Shown here one piece after another: positions 36,046 to 48,923 of a stretch of 64,000 nucleotides of DNA (positions are counted from its first letter, which is position 1; each line of letters opens with the position of its first letter). The DNA is taken from the NCBI GenBank assembly GCA_977017645.1, contig OZ360242.1, positions 38,378,001-38,442,000 on the forward strand, given 5' to 3'. The position numbers and the translations under genes are program-made. The notes under the pieces are model-generated. The model saw only the letters and a list, made by a program, of their open reading frames with translations, did not search any database and was not told the origin of the DNA. This DNA is from Torpedo marmorata. Lineage: Eukaryota.

Positions 36046-36420
36046 AACATGGAACATTACAGCACAGTACAGGCCCTTCGGCCGACGATGTTGTGCCAAC
36101 TTATGTAAACTTACTTCACAACAATCTAATCCTTCCCCACCTCGCACCCATAACCCTCTATTTTTCTTTCATCCATGCCTATCTCAGAGCCTTTAAATAT
36201 CCCTATTCTACCAGCCTCCACCACCACCCCAGTCAAAGCATTCCAGGCATCCATCCAGACTCTCTGTGTAAAAAAAAGCCAACCCCTGACATCTCCCCTA
36301 AACTTTCCTCCACTCATCTTGAACAGATGTGCTCTGGTATTTGTTATTGTCGCCCCATAAAAAAGTTGCTTACTGCCCACCCTATCTATCCCCCTCATAA
36401 TCTTACATGCCTCTATTAAG
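36046..36420 (-). mobile_element. CR1 3' fragment
   Basis: LIEACKIMRGIDRV...FFTQRVWMDAWNAL; end homologous to 35160-35217. Confidence 0.85.
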
Positions 36421-36713
36421 TCATTATTTTGAGTTTTTTTAATAAGCTTATCTTTGTGATGGCAGCTTGAACAATCGAACCCAGCACAGTTTTGCAATGG
36501 ATGCCTCACTCAACTGTGGTCTCTTATTCGCAGATTAAAGCAACCAGGCTGTGGCTCCCTCAGTTTTGCCTGCGCCACCTGACAGGTTTGTGCTAAATAT
36601 TTTCATATTTCTGTGCTCAGAGAGCATAGATTTGGTAAGGACATCCTCCATGCAAAGGCCTGTCCTTGACTAGGAAATGGAAGCATGAACTCAGTTTATA
36701 AGCTGAACATTCA

Positions 36714-37315
36714 CTTCTTCATCTTGTGGCCTCAGTCGGTCGTGGTCAACCATTGGTACTGCGCCTAAAGTGAAGCTGGAGTGGCCTCTCCAGGGCGCAA
36801 GCCAGGGCAGAGTAGATATGGAGATCCGTCTCTTGTCCATGTAGTGGGACCCCCCTCTCCATGCTAATGGCAGGTCAAAAGGAACAACAAAAGTCGATAC
36901 AGTTTGGTGGTACCAGCATCGCAGGAGTTGCCGTGACGGTGCTGGGTACAGCAGTCAGCCATCTTCGGGACTCCGACTCCGGATTTTTCCTCAGGGTTTA
37001 GTCCCAAAGCCTTTCCCGTGAGCGGGTATAGCCACAAGGCAGCGGAGGTTTGAAATCGGAGTTTTCCCTCTCCTAGATGAGTTACCATCCGTGGTTAACG
37101 AGTCCCATCTGCCTGGAGCAACTGGTTTCAAGGCGCCAGTGGCCCGCCTTTACCCCTTCTCCTGTCCGTGAGAACAGCTCCGCCGGGCACAAGAACTATA
37201 CCACACGTGAAGGCCAGGAGTTGGACTTGGTTTTCAGAGGCTGTTTGAGACGCACGCCATGAAGAGCATTTGTGTAGCAGTGGGAGCTCATCCCCACTAC
37301 CACCCTTCGGCTATG
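36714..37315 (-). mobile_element. RTE-related non-autonomous element
   Basis: CpG-rich, relatively young block with minus-strand peptide THLGEGKLRFQTS and GAA-rich tail; family assignment from memory. Confidence 0.5.
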
Positions 37316-38427
37316 ACAACCTTTTGAGCCTAAACATTCACTAGGTTCCTCAAAATCAAACAGATCAATTACTCCATTGGGTTTGTTATTAGATCTTATT
37401 TTACCCTCAGTCAGTGAGGTCCACAAGTGTGGCTCACCATACTTCTTGAAATAACTATTGGATATAAACAAAGGGATTGAAGGAGAAAAATGAAGAACTC
37501 AACCCCTCAGTTAGTGCTGTGGCAGTATTGGGTCTAGACTTTCACATGCAGGCCTACAGGTTTAAAACCAGAATACCCAGAGCAAAGGACCTAATCACTC
37601 TGGATCCAACCTGCTCCCTGGTCTGGTCCCACTGTATTGACATTTTCCAGATGCAGTCGTTGGATGAGTTTACTCTCCGCACTTAACAACATAGCAGAGC
37701 AGGCTCCTTGCCTTGAGTTGCACTTGGGCAACCCATCCTTGTCTTGGCCCCAGCCAGCAAACCTGTAAAAGATTTAACCATGTTTAAATATCTCTGGCAG
37801 AGCTAAATACGAATTATTCAAATATATTTAAATCATGAAAAGTAAATTGAGTTATTACAAGTGTATGATATTGGTGAGCAACCAGCAGATACATCGATGA
37901 AAGCCTTCTAACTCCTGAGTTGAAGGTTGACTAATTCATGAGTTTGAGGTATTTACTACTGGCAAAAAATAAAGCACACATGAATTCATTATTATTTCAT
38001 CAACCTCAAATAAATAATGAAGCATTCAAGCTGCTAATTTGGGGAGCAATCAACTCCTTTCACTTTATTGGTAAAGCTATTATTTACATCAGTCACCAAG
38101 GTCTCAAATGACAAGATGAAGTTGTGAAGCCGTTACTTATCATATTCCTTTGCAGTGCCGAAGGTATCTGGAGTGGACAGGTGAGGTCAAAAATTCAACT
38201 CAGGGCGCGTGTTTGTTCACTATTTCGGTTACAACACTTGAGTAATTCAAAATATGTCAGCAGAACATGCTGGTTCACAAAGCTTTCCATCATATGATGT
38301 TTAGGTCACAACTGAGTTTATTTTACACTCAAAGTTCAAAGTTTAAATTTATTATCAGAGTACATACATGGCATCACAAATATCCCTGAGATTCTTTTTT
38401 CCTGCAGGCCAAGCAGAATTTCTAATT

Positions 38428-38682
38428 AAATTTTTAATTTTTAAAAATTTAGACATACATCACAGTAACAGGCCCTTCCAGCCAACGAGCTCGTGGCGAC
38501 TAAATACCCCAATTAATCTAAAACCCCCTTACGTTTTGAAGGGTGGAGGAAACCGGAGTGCCCAGAGGAATCCCATGCAGACACTGGGAGAATGTATAAA
38601 CTCCTGACAGAAAGCACCGGATTCAAACCAGGTCACTGGCATTCTAATAGCATTACGCTAATCGTTACGCTAACCGTGCCAC
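38428..38682 (-). mobile_element. V-SINE inserted in a Rex1-like 3' tail remnant
   Basis: Reverse complement of 33803-34074. Confidence 0.88.
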
Positions 38683-39139
38683 CCTGGTAACTACTAGTAA
38701 TTACTGGTAACTGTAATTGATATTAATTTTATTTCATAATTCATCAAAAGTTCTATTGTTGATATGTCTGGTAATTAAAAATATAAACGCAATCGAAATA
38801 AATTCTGGTGTGGATACAACTAATTCCTGTATCCATATATCCTAATAGGCTCTTTTTTTTATTTTTTCATGAAATGTTGCAGCCATTGAATTGATGTTCT
38901 CTGCAGGTGAAAAATCTAGAAATATTAATTCAGTGCTTGAAACAGTCAAGGATCAGAGCAAGCCTCCTGGTCCATCAAAAGATATGAGGATGGTACTATG
39001 TAACTCCAAAAATTAAGGAGGATTTGCTCTTTATGGTTAAAATCTACAAGCTTTATACTTTCTTGTTCTGTTAATTTTCAGCAGAAACTATTCTGAAGCA
39101 GTGTTAACAAGGTTTTAGTAAAATTATTTATTTGTTTCT

Positions 39140-39360
39140 TAGAATTTCCTTGATGTTGTGGCCTGTATTTATTCCTCACCCAGCATCATAAAATGGATCA
39201 TATTGTTATTAATCATATTGATGTGTGTGGGATCTCGAATAAAAAATGGCAGCTGTGTTTCATTGCGTTACAAAACTGAGCACACCGCAGATGCATCTTA
39301 TTGACTGTGAAACATTTTGGATTGTACTGAATTGTGAAAAGTACAATATAAATGCATACA
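39140..39360 (+). mobile_element. Ancient Deu-SINE (SacSINE1/AmnSINE1-like) remnant
   Basis: Degenerate match to the recalled Deu-domain/3' consensus (TATTTATTCCTCA...CATCA, GTGGGATCT, AAATGGCAGC, GTGAAAAG...TATAAATGCA). Confidence 0.6.
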
Positions 39361-39593
39361 TTTTCCTTCAATAGAAAAATGGTATATTTCCCAATGATTT
39401 GGGAGGCCACAGCTCATTGCCAACAATGGGAGCAATCCCATCAATCTTAATCTCTGATTTATCTCCCTGTAACATATTCCGTTTTGTATTCCCATCGACT
39501 CAACTTCTATTTTCCCACCACCCACCTGGACTAGGGTTAATTTACAGTGATGAGTTGACCCAACTCAAGCAACTCAAGTTTCCTCAAGGCCTA

Positions 39594-39730
39594 ACTTGAA
39601 GAAGGGCTCAGGCCTGAAATGTCTATATGTCTCTTTACCTCCTATGGACACTGCTAGACCGGCTGAGTTCCTCCATTATTTCTGTGTTTTGACTACAATC
39701 ACGGCGTCTGCAGACTTTCGTGTTTCACTC
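39594..39730 (+). mobile_element. Penelope-like terminal fragment
   Basis: TTGAAGAAGGGCTCAGGCCTGAAATGTC...GCTGAGTTCCTCC...TCTGCAGACTTT. Confidence 0.7.
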
Positions 39731-40127
39731 CAAAATTTTAAACTTTGCAAGTCAACATTGCCATTGTAAAGAATCCACAGAGTACATATGCTCGGTAAAT
39801 CATTGCTGGTGAATGCACAGATGAAATTTTGTGTTCAATTCTGAGCAGTGAAATCTAGGAAGGATAGGAAAGCTTTGGAGTAGGTGCAGAAAAGATTAAC
39901 CCAGAACTGATTTGGTAAATTAGAATCAGAATTTAGAATCAGAATTTATTGTCATGAACAAGTCATGAAATTCGGTGTTTCTTCTCAAAGCGGGCATAGA
40001 AGGTGTTCAGCTCATCAGGTAGATGAGGTTGTTTCCAATGCAGAGAAAGAATGGAGAAGTCAGAGGCTTTCTTGTTAGAGTAAAAGTGTTAAAGGGCAGA
40101 TTTAATAAAAATATCCTAAAATGCGAT

Positions 40128-40655
40128 TGGTGACTAGTGCTTGGTGAGTAAGTATTTTTTGGAGTTGTAAAATTGTTTAAAAAGGGAGCTTTTTCGGGCC
40201 TAGGTCTTTTCAGTTGCGTTGGAGTGGGAGGAGCGACTGGTGACTAGTGCTTGGTGAGTAAGTATTTTTTTGGAGTTGTAAAATTGTTTAAAAAGGGAGC
40301 TTTTTCGGGCCTAGGTCTTTTCAGTTGCGTTGGAGTGGGAGGAGCGACTGGTGACTAGTGCTTGGTGAGTAAGTATTTTTTGGAGTTGTAAAATTGTTTA
40401 AAAAGGGAGCTTTTTCGGGCCTAGGTCTTTTCAGTTGCATTGGAGTGGGAGGAGCGACTGGTGACTAGTGCTTGGTGAGTAAGTATTTTTTGGAGTTGTA
40501 AAATTGTTTAAAAAGGGAGCTTTTTCGGGCCTAGGTCTTTTCAGTTGCATTGGAGTGTTGGAGTGGGAGGACCGACTGGTGACTAGTGCTTGGTGAGTAA
40601 GTATTTTTTTGGAGTTGTAAAATTGTTTAAAAAGGGAGCTTTTTCAGGCCTAGGG
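40128..40655 (+). repeat. Tandem array of ~110-bp monomers (4 full + 1 partial) at the CR1 5' end
   Basis: TGGTGACTAGTGCTTGGTGAGTAAGT starts at 40128, 40238, 40349, 40459, 40577; units near-identical. Confidence 0.97.
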
Positions 40656-40884
40656 CTAGGTTAAGTGGTGATTAGTAGTAGTAAGAAATTTGGTATTAGA
40701 GTTAATTAGCAGTGACCTATAAAAGGAAGGGAAGTAGAGGGAGCGGCCAGTGAGTGAGTGGCATAGGGAAGGAGTGGAGCTCTGAGGCTTTGGCTCAAGA
40801 GGCTTCGGAGAGAAGAGGCTGAGGAAGTACTACCGGTAATGTTAGGTTTATTCCTATTTATTCTAGTTGTAGTTAAGAGGGGCT

Positions 40885-41802
40885 ATGGAGGCAGTTGGGT
40901 TAGTCATGTGTTCCGAATACAGGATGTAGGAGGTCAGGGACATCACAAATGTTCCTGATGACCAGACCTGCAAAAGGTGCATCCAGATGCAACTCCTTCA
41001 AGACCATGTTAGGGAACTGGAGTTGCAGCTGGATGAACTTCGGATCATGAGGGAGGCAGAGGTAGTCATAGATAGGGAGACAGTCACCCCAAATAGACAG
41101 GAATCAGCTAACTGGATGACTGTGAGGAAAGGGAAGGGGGGGGAGACAGACAGTGCAGGGAACCCCTGTGGCCGTTCCCCTCAATAATAAGTATACTGTT
41201 TTGGATACTGTTGGGGGGGACGACCTACCAGGGACAAGTCGCGGGGGTCAGGTCTCTGGCACGGGGGATGGCCCCTCGGCTCAGAAGGGAAGGGGGAAAA
41301 AGAGGAGAGCTTTTGTAATTGGGGACTCGCTGGTTAGAGGAACAGATAGAAGGTTTGCTGGACGAGATCGGAGCTCCCGGTTGGTATGTTGCCTTCCAGG
41401 TGCCAGGGTCAGGGATGTCTCTGCATTCTGGAGGGGGAGGGCGAGCAGCCAGGTGTCGTGATCCACGTGGGGACCAATGACATAGAAAGAAATGGGGATG
41501 AGGTCCTGAAGAAGGAATATAAGGAGTTAGGAAGGAAGTAAAAAAACAGGACCTCGAGGGTGGTAATCTCAGGATTGCTGCCTGTGCCATGCGCTAGAGA
41601 GGGTAGGAATAGGAAGGTGTGGAGGATGAATGCGTGGCTAAAGAGTTGGTGCTGGGGGCAGGGGTTCACATTTGTGGATCATTGGGATCTCTTCTGGGGA
41701 AGGTCTGACTTGTACAAAAGGGATGGGCTGCACTTGAACTGGAGGGGGACCAATATCCTGGCAGGCAGGTTTGCTAGAGCTGTTGGGGAGGGTTTAAACT
41801 AG
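40885..41802 (+). pseudogene. CR1 ORF1 (zinc finger, coiled coil, SGNH/GDSL-like esterase), disrupted
   Basis: CKRC...VRELELQLDEL, VIGDSLVRG, CCLPGARV, HVGTND, DGLHLN; stops and frameshifts. Confidence 0.88.
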
Positions 41803-41864
41803 TTTGGCAGGGGGGTGGGAATCAGAATGTAAATGCGGAGAGTAGGGTAGAAGAACACCTAGAT

Positions 41865-44700
41865 TTGAAGGAAGAGAGGAACCAGAATGTTAAAGTTAAT
41901 GAAGGAGAGGGTAATCAAAGGAGTGTATGTGGGGGGCATTCTCTCAAGTGTATATATTTCAATGCAAGAAGCATTGTAAGAAAGGTGGATGAGCTTAGAG
42001 TATGGATTAATACATGGAAATATGATATTGTAGCCATCAGTGAAACTTGGTTGCAGGAGGGGCATGATTGGCAGCTAAATATTCCTGGATTCCGTTCTTT
42101 TAGGTGTGATAGAACAGGGGGGATAAAAGGTGGAGGGGTCGCAGTGCTTGTTAGAAAAAGCATTACAGCGGTGCTATGGCAGGATAGATTGGAGGGCTCT
42201 TCCAGTGAGGCTATTTGGGTGGAATTGAGGAATGGGAAAGGCATGAAAACACAAATGGGAGTGTATTATAGACCACCGAATGGGCAGAGGGAATTAGAGG
42301 AGGAAATTTGTAAGGAGATAGAATATATGTGTAATAAGCATAAGGTGGTGATTATAGGTGATTTTAACTTTCAACATATTGACTGGGACGCCCATACTGT
42401 AATAGGGCAGGATGGGTTGGAGTTTGTCAAATGTGTTCAGGAAAGTTTTCTCAAAAAATACATAGAAGAACCGACGAGAGAGGGGCAGTATTGGATCTCC
42501 TATTTGGGAACGAGATAGGTCAGGTGTTGGGGAACACTTTGGGTCAAGTGATCATAATACCATTAGTTTTAGGTTGATAATGGAGAAGGATAGGGCTGGG
42601 CTTAAGGTTGAGATTCTTGATTGGAATAAGGCAAATTTTGAGGAGATGAGGAAGGATTTAGAGGGTGTGGATTGGGATAATTTATTTTTAGGAAAGGATG
42701 TCACAGATAAATGGAGGATATTCAAAGGGGAAATTTTGAGAGTACAGAGTCGGTTCGTCCCTGTGAGGATTAAAGGAAGAGTTAGAAAATATAGGGAGCC
42801 TTGGTTTTCAAAGGATATTGGGAATTTGGTTCGGAGGAAGAGGGATGTGTACAACAGGTATAGACAGCAGGGAATAGATGAGGTCCTTGAGGAATATAAG
42901 GAGTGTAAAAAAAAATCTTAAGAAAGAAATTAGAAAGGCTAAAAGGAGATATGAGGCTGCTTTGGCAGGCAAGGTAAAAATAAATCCAAAGGGTTTCTAC
43001 AGGTACATTAAAAGCAAAAGAATAGTGAGGGATAAAATTGGGCCCATTGAGGATCAGACGGGTAGGCTATGTGAGAAGTCAGAGGAGATGGGGGAGATTT
43101 TAAATGAATTTTTTTCTTCAGTATTTACAAAGGAAAGGAATATTGAGCCAGGTGAAGTAAGGCAATCTGGCAGGGAGGTCATGGATAATATAAAGATTAA
43201 TGAGGAGGTAGTATTGGCTATTTTAAAGAGTATAAAGGTGGATAAATCTCCAGGTCCTGACAGGATATTCCCGAGGACCCTGAGGGAGGTTAGTGTACAA
43301 ATAGTGTGGGCTCTGACAGAAATATTTAAAATGTCACTGGCCACGGGGGAGGTGCCGGAGGATTGGAGGGTAGCTCATGTTGTCCCGCTGTTTAAGAAGG
43401 GCTCCAAAAGTAAACCTGGAAATTATAGGCCTGTGAGTCTGACATCGGTGGTGGGTAAATTAATGGAGAGTGTTCTTAGAGATGGTGTATACAGTTATTT
43501 GGAAAGACAAGCATTGATTAGGAGTAGTCAAAACGGTTTTGTTCGTGGTAGATCATGTTTGACAAATCTCAGAGTTTTTCGATGAGGTTACTAAGAGGGT
43601 TGACGAGGGGAAGGCTGTGGATGTTGTCTATATGGACTTTAGTAAGGTATTTGACAAGGTTCCGCATAAGAGGCTCGTTAGGAAGGTTCAAGCATTAGGT
43701 ATTAACGACGAAGTAGTGAAATGGATTCAACAATGGTTGGATAGGAGATGCCAGAGAGTAGTGGTGGAAAATTGTTTGTCAAATTGGAGGCCGGTGACTA
43801 GTGGAGTGCCTCAGGGATCGGTACTGGGTCCATTGTTGTTTGTTGGATTAGTAAGTATGCAGATGATACGAAGATTGGTGGTGGTGTGGACAGTGAAGAA
43901 GGATATCAAAGCTTGCAGGGGGATATTGGACAGTTAGAAGAGTGGGCGGAAACATGGCAGATGGAATTTAATACTGATAAATGTGAGGTGCTACATTTTG
44001 GTAGGATTAATCAGCAAAGGTCATACATGTTAAATGGAAGACAATTGAGAAGTGCAGTAGAACAGAGGGATTTAGGAATTCTGTTACATAATTCCCTGAA
44101 AGTTGAGTCACACGTAGATAGGGTGGTGAAGAAGGCATTTGGTATGTTGGCCTTCATAAATCAGAGTATTGAATATAGGAGTTGGGATGTCATGTTGAAG
44201 TTGTATGAGGCATTGGTGAGGCCAAATTTGGAATATTGTGTGCAGTTTTGGTCGCCGAATTACAGGAAGGATATAAACAGAATAGAGAGAGTGCAGAAGA
44301 GATTTACAAGAATGTTGCCTGGGTTTCTGGGTTTGAGTTATAGGGAAAGGTTGGACAGGCTGGGACTTTATTCCCTGGAGCGTAGAAGGTTGAGGGGTTA
44401 TTTGATAGAGGTATTTAAAATTATGAAGGGGAAAGATAGAGTCAATGTGGACAGGCTTTTTCCATTGAGAGAGGGGAAGATTCAAACAAGAGGGCATGGA
44501 TTGAGATTGAAGGGGAAAAGTTTAGAGGAAACATGAGGGGGAATTTCTTCACTCAGAGTGTGGTAGGAGGGTGGAACGAGCTTCCGGCCGAAGAGGTAGA
44601 TGTAGGTTCAATTTTAATGTTTAAGGAAAAGTTGGATAGGTATATGGACGAGAGAGGTGTGGAGGGTTATGGGCCGGGTGCGGGTCAGTGGGACTAGGTG
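41865..44700 (+). pseudogene. CR1 ORF2 (APE endonuclease + reverse transcriptase), frameshifted
   Basis: YFNARS, ISETW, YYRPP, GDFN, KSPGPD, NYRPVSLTS, PQGSVLGP, YADD; split over several ORFs. Confidence 0.93.
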
Positions 44701-45181
44701 GGAGAATGTGTTCGGCATGGACTCGAAGGGCCGAACTGGCCTGTTTCTGTGCTGTAAATGTTATATGGTTATATAAAAATCTTAAGCAACTATTTACAGC
44801 TTCTCTTTCCGTAAGCCTTTAATTGGTTATGTGAGGTTAGTCCATCACACAAACCAACCTCCCTCCATCATCTCTATCTATACCTCCGTTGTTTATAGAA
44901 ATCTGCTTGTATATTTAAGGACCAATCCCACCCCAGTCATACTCTCTTTTTCCCATTCCACCGGGTAGAATGTACTTGAAAACATGCACCTCTAGCGACA
45001 AGGAAAGTCTTACCTGCTGTTGTCCATCTCTTAAATTGACCTCTCACTGACAAAAGACGATGCCCTGGCACTGCAATTTTTAAAAAAAAATTCTCCATAC
45101 CATCCATTACGCTTTTGTACTTTTTTATATATCTTTTCCTTTTTGACTTATTGTAAGACTACTCCCTACATTGTTGTCTTA

Positions 45182-46042
45182 CAGTAAAACCCCTGGTATC
45201 CTTCACCTATGGGGATTGGTAGATGCTGGAAAGTGTATTTTCCAGTTGCTTGAAACTTACTCTTGCAATGCCTAACTAATATACCTGCATTAAGAACAAA
45301 CAGTTTAAAAGACAAAAATACTATATTGTACTTACACCGGTGGTTCTCAACCTTTTTTTTCCCACTCACATAGCGCTTTAAGTAATCCCTTACTAACCAC
45401 AGAGCACCTCCGGCATCCTATGCCATGGGTGCTCTGTGGTTAGTAAGGGATTACTTAAGGTGTTATGTGAGTGGAAAGAAAAAGGTTGAGAACCACTGCC
45501 TTAAAGCATTTTACTTTATTTTCGGTCACATTTTTAAAAAACATTTAACCCTAGCTGCATCTGCAGGTTCCTCCTCCTCCATGGAGCCGCCCGAAATACC
45601 TTATGAATAATATAAACAATAACATTATAGATCATTAACACCACCCCACCCCAAGTTTACAGATAAAGCCTCTGAAGACTCTTACTAAGCAGGGATAAGG
45701 AGACATTTTAAGAGAGTCACCCCAACGGTGAATGGCATCAACCAGCTCTTCATCCTGGGTGACGCCATTTTATTCAAACAACTTCATTCAAACTTTTTTC
45801 AACCAGCTGCTCCAAGCAAAGCACGATCAAGGCACTGTGCTGGCTGAATATTTGCTCCCATCTTCACCAAAGGTTTATGTGTTACTTCAGAGAACATTTA
45901 CTTTTACAATTTTAAACGTACATATTTATTACCTATTATTTTATTCTTATTTATTTTAATTTTTAAATTTATTTTCCTCAAATTTTTTGCCAGTTGCTTG
46001 AGGCTGTAGTTATTTGAATTCCAGATAACAGGGGTTTTACTG
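45182..46042. mobile_element. Tc1/mariner (Tigger-like) MITE, copy 2, inside a Rex1-like remnant
   Basis: TA|CAGTAAAACCCCTG ... CAGGGGTTTTACTG|TA. Confidence 0.9.
45338..45498. mobile_element. Palindromic hAT (Charlie-like) MITE, 161 bp
   Basis: CGGTGGTTCTCAACC...GGTTGAGAACCACTG; whole element is a near-perfect hairpin; absent from MITE copy 1. Confidence 0.9.
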
Positions 46043-47574
46043 TATTTATTTGTTTATTATTGCACTACTTGCTCTATGAGTTGTCTTGCCCTGATAACAT
46101 GCAAAGTGAAGCTTTTTACTCTATCTCACTACATGACAATACACAATTAACTTCAGTGGCAAAATAGATCATAATATGTGATCAAGGATTAAAGATACTT
46201 CAGTAAAGAACAAGAGGTGAGATGGGGCATTTGTCATGATTTTGAGCGACTGCTGGAAGCAAATTTAATGCTTATTTTCAAAAGGGAATTGGATAAACAT
46301 TTGAAAGAGAAGAACTTGTCATACTGTGGTGAAAGAATGAGCGAGAGAGAATTGTTGGACAGCTCTTTTTATGGTCTTATAAAGAAATGATATTTAATTA
46401 TAGATGAATAATTTTAATATCAAGACAACCACAGTTACAGAATAAAGGTGGAGAAGGGTATTACCAAATTATCTGTCATCAATGATATAAAACATTGACA
46501 TAGCTTCTGAATATATAACCCATGATGTACACTATGCTGACATCATTAAATAAAGGCACTCATTATTCAAATGCCTCATCAAACATAGTTGCATAAAATT
46601 CCCAGGCACAATGGTTCCACAGTAAGAAATGTTCAAACCAAAAATTAGGAACACAATCTATATTAAACTAAAATCTGTAGGGTTTTGCATGCATTACGAC
46701 TATTACTGGTCCAAACAGAAGCTCTCCGTTTTAGTGGGTCCCAGAAGATGAAGATTGTGGTGATTGCAGCGCAATCTGCTTTCAGTTTTTAAAAAGTTCA
46801 TCAAAAATCATACGATTCATCGGAAAGTTCCAGTTGGTGCCAACAATGGAGGAAACAGACTGAGCAGCTTGTGATGTTACTGGCTGCATGGTTCTTCCAG
46901 GAAAGCTCATACAATAAGCATGCAAGTGCTTGGGCAAGTTTCCCCATGGGCATGATCTAACTCAGACATGAATGTATTTATGCAAGATTTGCACATTAAA
47001 ATGGCTGCTGAAGGACCAAATATCCAGGTCAGGTCAGCTCACTTTTCACTTTGGTGTTTCAGCATTGATTTGTGATTACAGGTCCACATGTCTCACAATG
47101 GGTATTCATCCTGCCTATATTGCAACTGCTTCAGGAGATTAAGTGTGTTCATTTAAAAAAAAAAATCCCTCTCTGAAAAAACTATTTCCAAAATCATTTA
47201 CCTTGCTAAACTCCCTGATCCTCTTGCTCCCGCTTCACGTTTATGTCCATCTTTCTTGCAGCATCATTAAATTGGCCAGAATCAAACCCTAAAGTGGCAT
47301 GATGGGAAAGTGTAACTATGCAGAAGAAACCTTGGTTGTTTTTTTTTGGAATAACAGCAGCCGCGGAGAGATTGAACTAATGTATGTATATTTATGAGGG
47401 GTGTGGATACATAGGAAAGGCCTGTTTTTGCAGAGAAAGTAAAAACCAAGGATCAAAGATTGAAAACAGTAGGTAGAAGATCAGAGGGTCTTGAAAGTGG
47501 GTGTGGGAGAGTGGAGGAAACATTTCTCCAGCCAGGAGGTGGTAGAGGCGTGGAGCTCAATGCCTGAAAAGGAA

Positions 47575-47700
47575 GTACAGAAGAAAATCTGCAGCTGCTG
47601 GGGTCTAATGCCATGCACAATAGTGCTGAGGAAACTCAGCAGGCCATGCATCATCCATAGGAAATAAAAGGCAGTCAACATTTCAGGCCTGAGCCCTGGA
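47575..47700 (-). mobile_element. Penelope-like terminal fragment within a CR1 3' remnant
   Basis: GTGCTGAGGAAACTCAGCAGG...CATTTCAGGCCTGAGCCCT. Confidence 0.6.
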
Positions 47701-48923
47701 TACAGACACCCTAACATATATATTTTTTTAAATCCTGAAATAAATAAATTTAGAAATAGACCATATATCACTTTTTTTCCAACTGGCACAGATGTGAAGG
47801 CCCAAATGCCTCCTTCATTGTCATGGAATGATGCTCTCAGTGATGATCCGTTCTCAATGTTACCGACAGGAGTAAATATGTTGTTGGGGCCCCTCTTTTA
47901 ACTCTGTACTTCAATTTTGGCTAAAATACCTCCAACATTGATGTCTCTTGCATTCATCCATCACCTCCAAATTGTTATCATAAAATTCCAAAAACACTTC
48001 TTGTCCACAAAATTCCTTGAGATATCTAAGCCAACCTGTGATGTTCCCCACCAACTTTACTTCATGATCTCTTTAAAAAGCAGTATCTTCTTTATCTGAA
48101 CTCACTATTAATTCTCTTTCATTTGGCCACTGTGGCTCCTGTGGGGTATGGAAAGGCCAGTCTCTTCGCCCTGAGTGGAACAGTTCTGGTTAGACTTGCT
48201 CAACTACCTTTACCCTTCATTGGGGTCACCCAGAGGTCTCGCCTCGGCTCCTGCAAGCCCTTGGGCATGGTGATGGCTTAAAGAGCACTTTTAAAAAAAG
48301 AAAAATCATAATCTATGTATGATGACAGAGGAAGGAACTTGCCTCTTTTAGGTCTTGCTACCTCTCATGCACAACAGAAGTGCTTTCGTAGACAGATGTT
48401 ATTTAAAGGTACTTGATTGTGTAAATAATTTAAAAGACTGATGTTCTTTGACAGTTTTGTGAAAGTAAACTTGGGTAGCTTTATTCATTATGTATCTACA
48501 TTCCATTTTATGTCAGTTTTGTTGTCTAACTTCATATTCCTCCAACTAAATATCTATTTTATCATCCATTCTCTGAAGCAGAATAATATCACTGTCTGTA
48601 CTTAATCATTAATTAGACTTTGAGAGTTATTTATCCAGGTATAATGCAGGTATTATTGATCCAATTATATATTTAACAAAATCTATTCATAATAGTCTGC
48701 ATTATACCTGATACCAAACTTTCAACTAATATAAAGAAGGCACTTTCCATCAGGGAGATGGTGGCAAACATGGGGACATAAAGGTGATTCCTCTTAACCA
48801 CCCTGCACTTTCCCTTCTTACCAACTTCTTGCTGTTCCTGAGGACAGTTGGCTTAACCTTTTGCGTGTAATTGAAGTCGGACTGGCGTTCAAGATTAAAT
48901 CTGAATACATAAAGGACCAACAC

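Larger units (their letters stand above)
40128..44772 (+). mobile_element. Near full-length CR1 LINE (5' monomer array, ORF1, ORF2), inactivated
   Basis: ORF1 with zinc-finger/coiled-coil/SGNH esterase motifs; ORF2 with APE and RT; (GTTATATG)-type tail. Confidence 0.95.

Noticed and set aside
40128-40655. Regularly spaced repeats that could be read as a CRISPR array
   Set aside because: Whole units are near-identical with no unique spacers, there are no cas genes, and the context is a vertebrate LINE.
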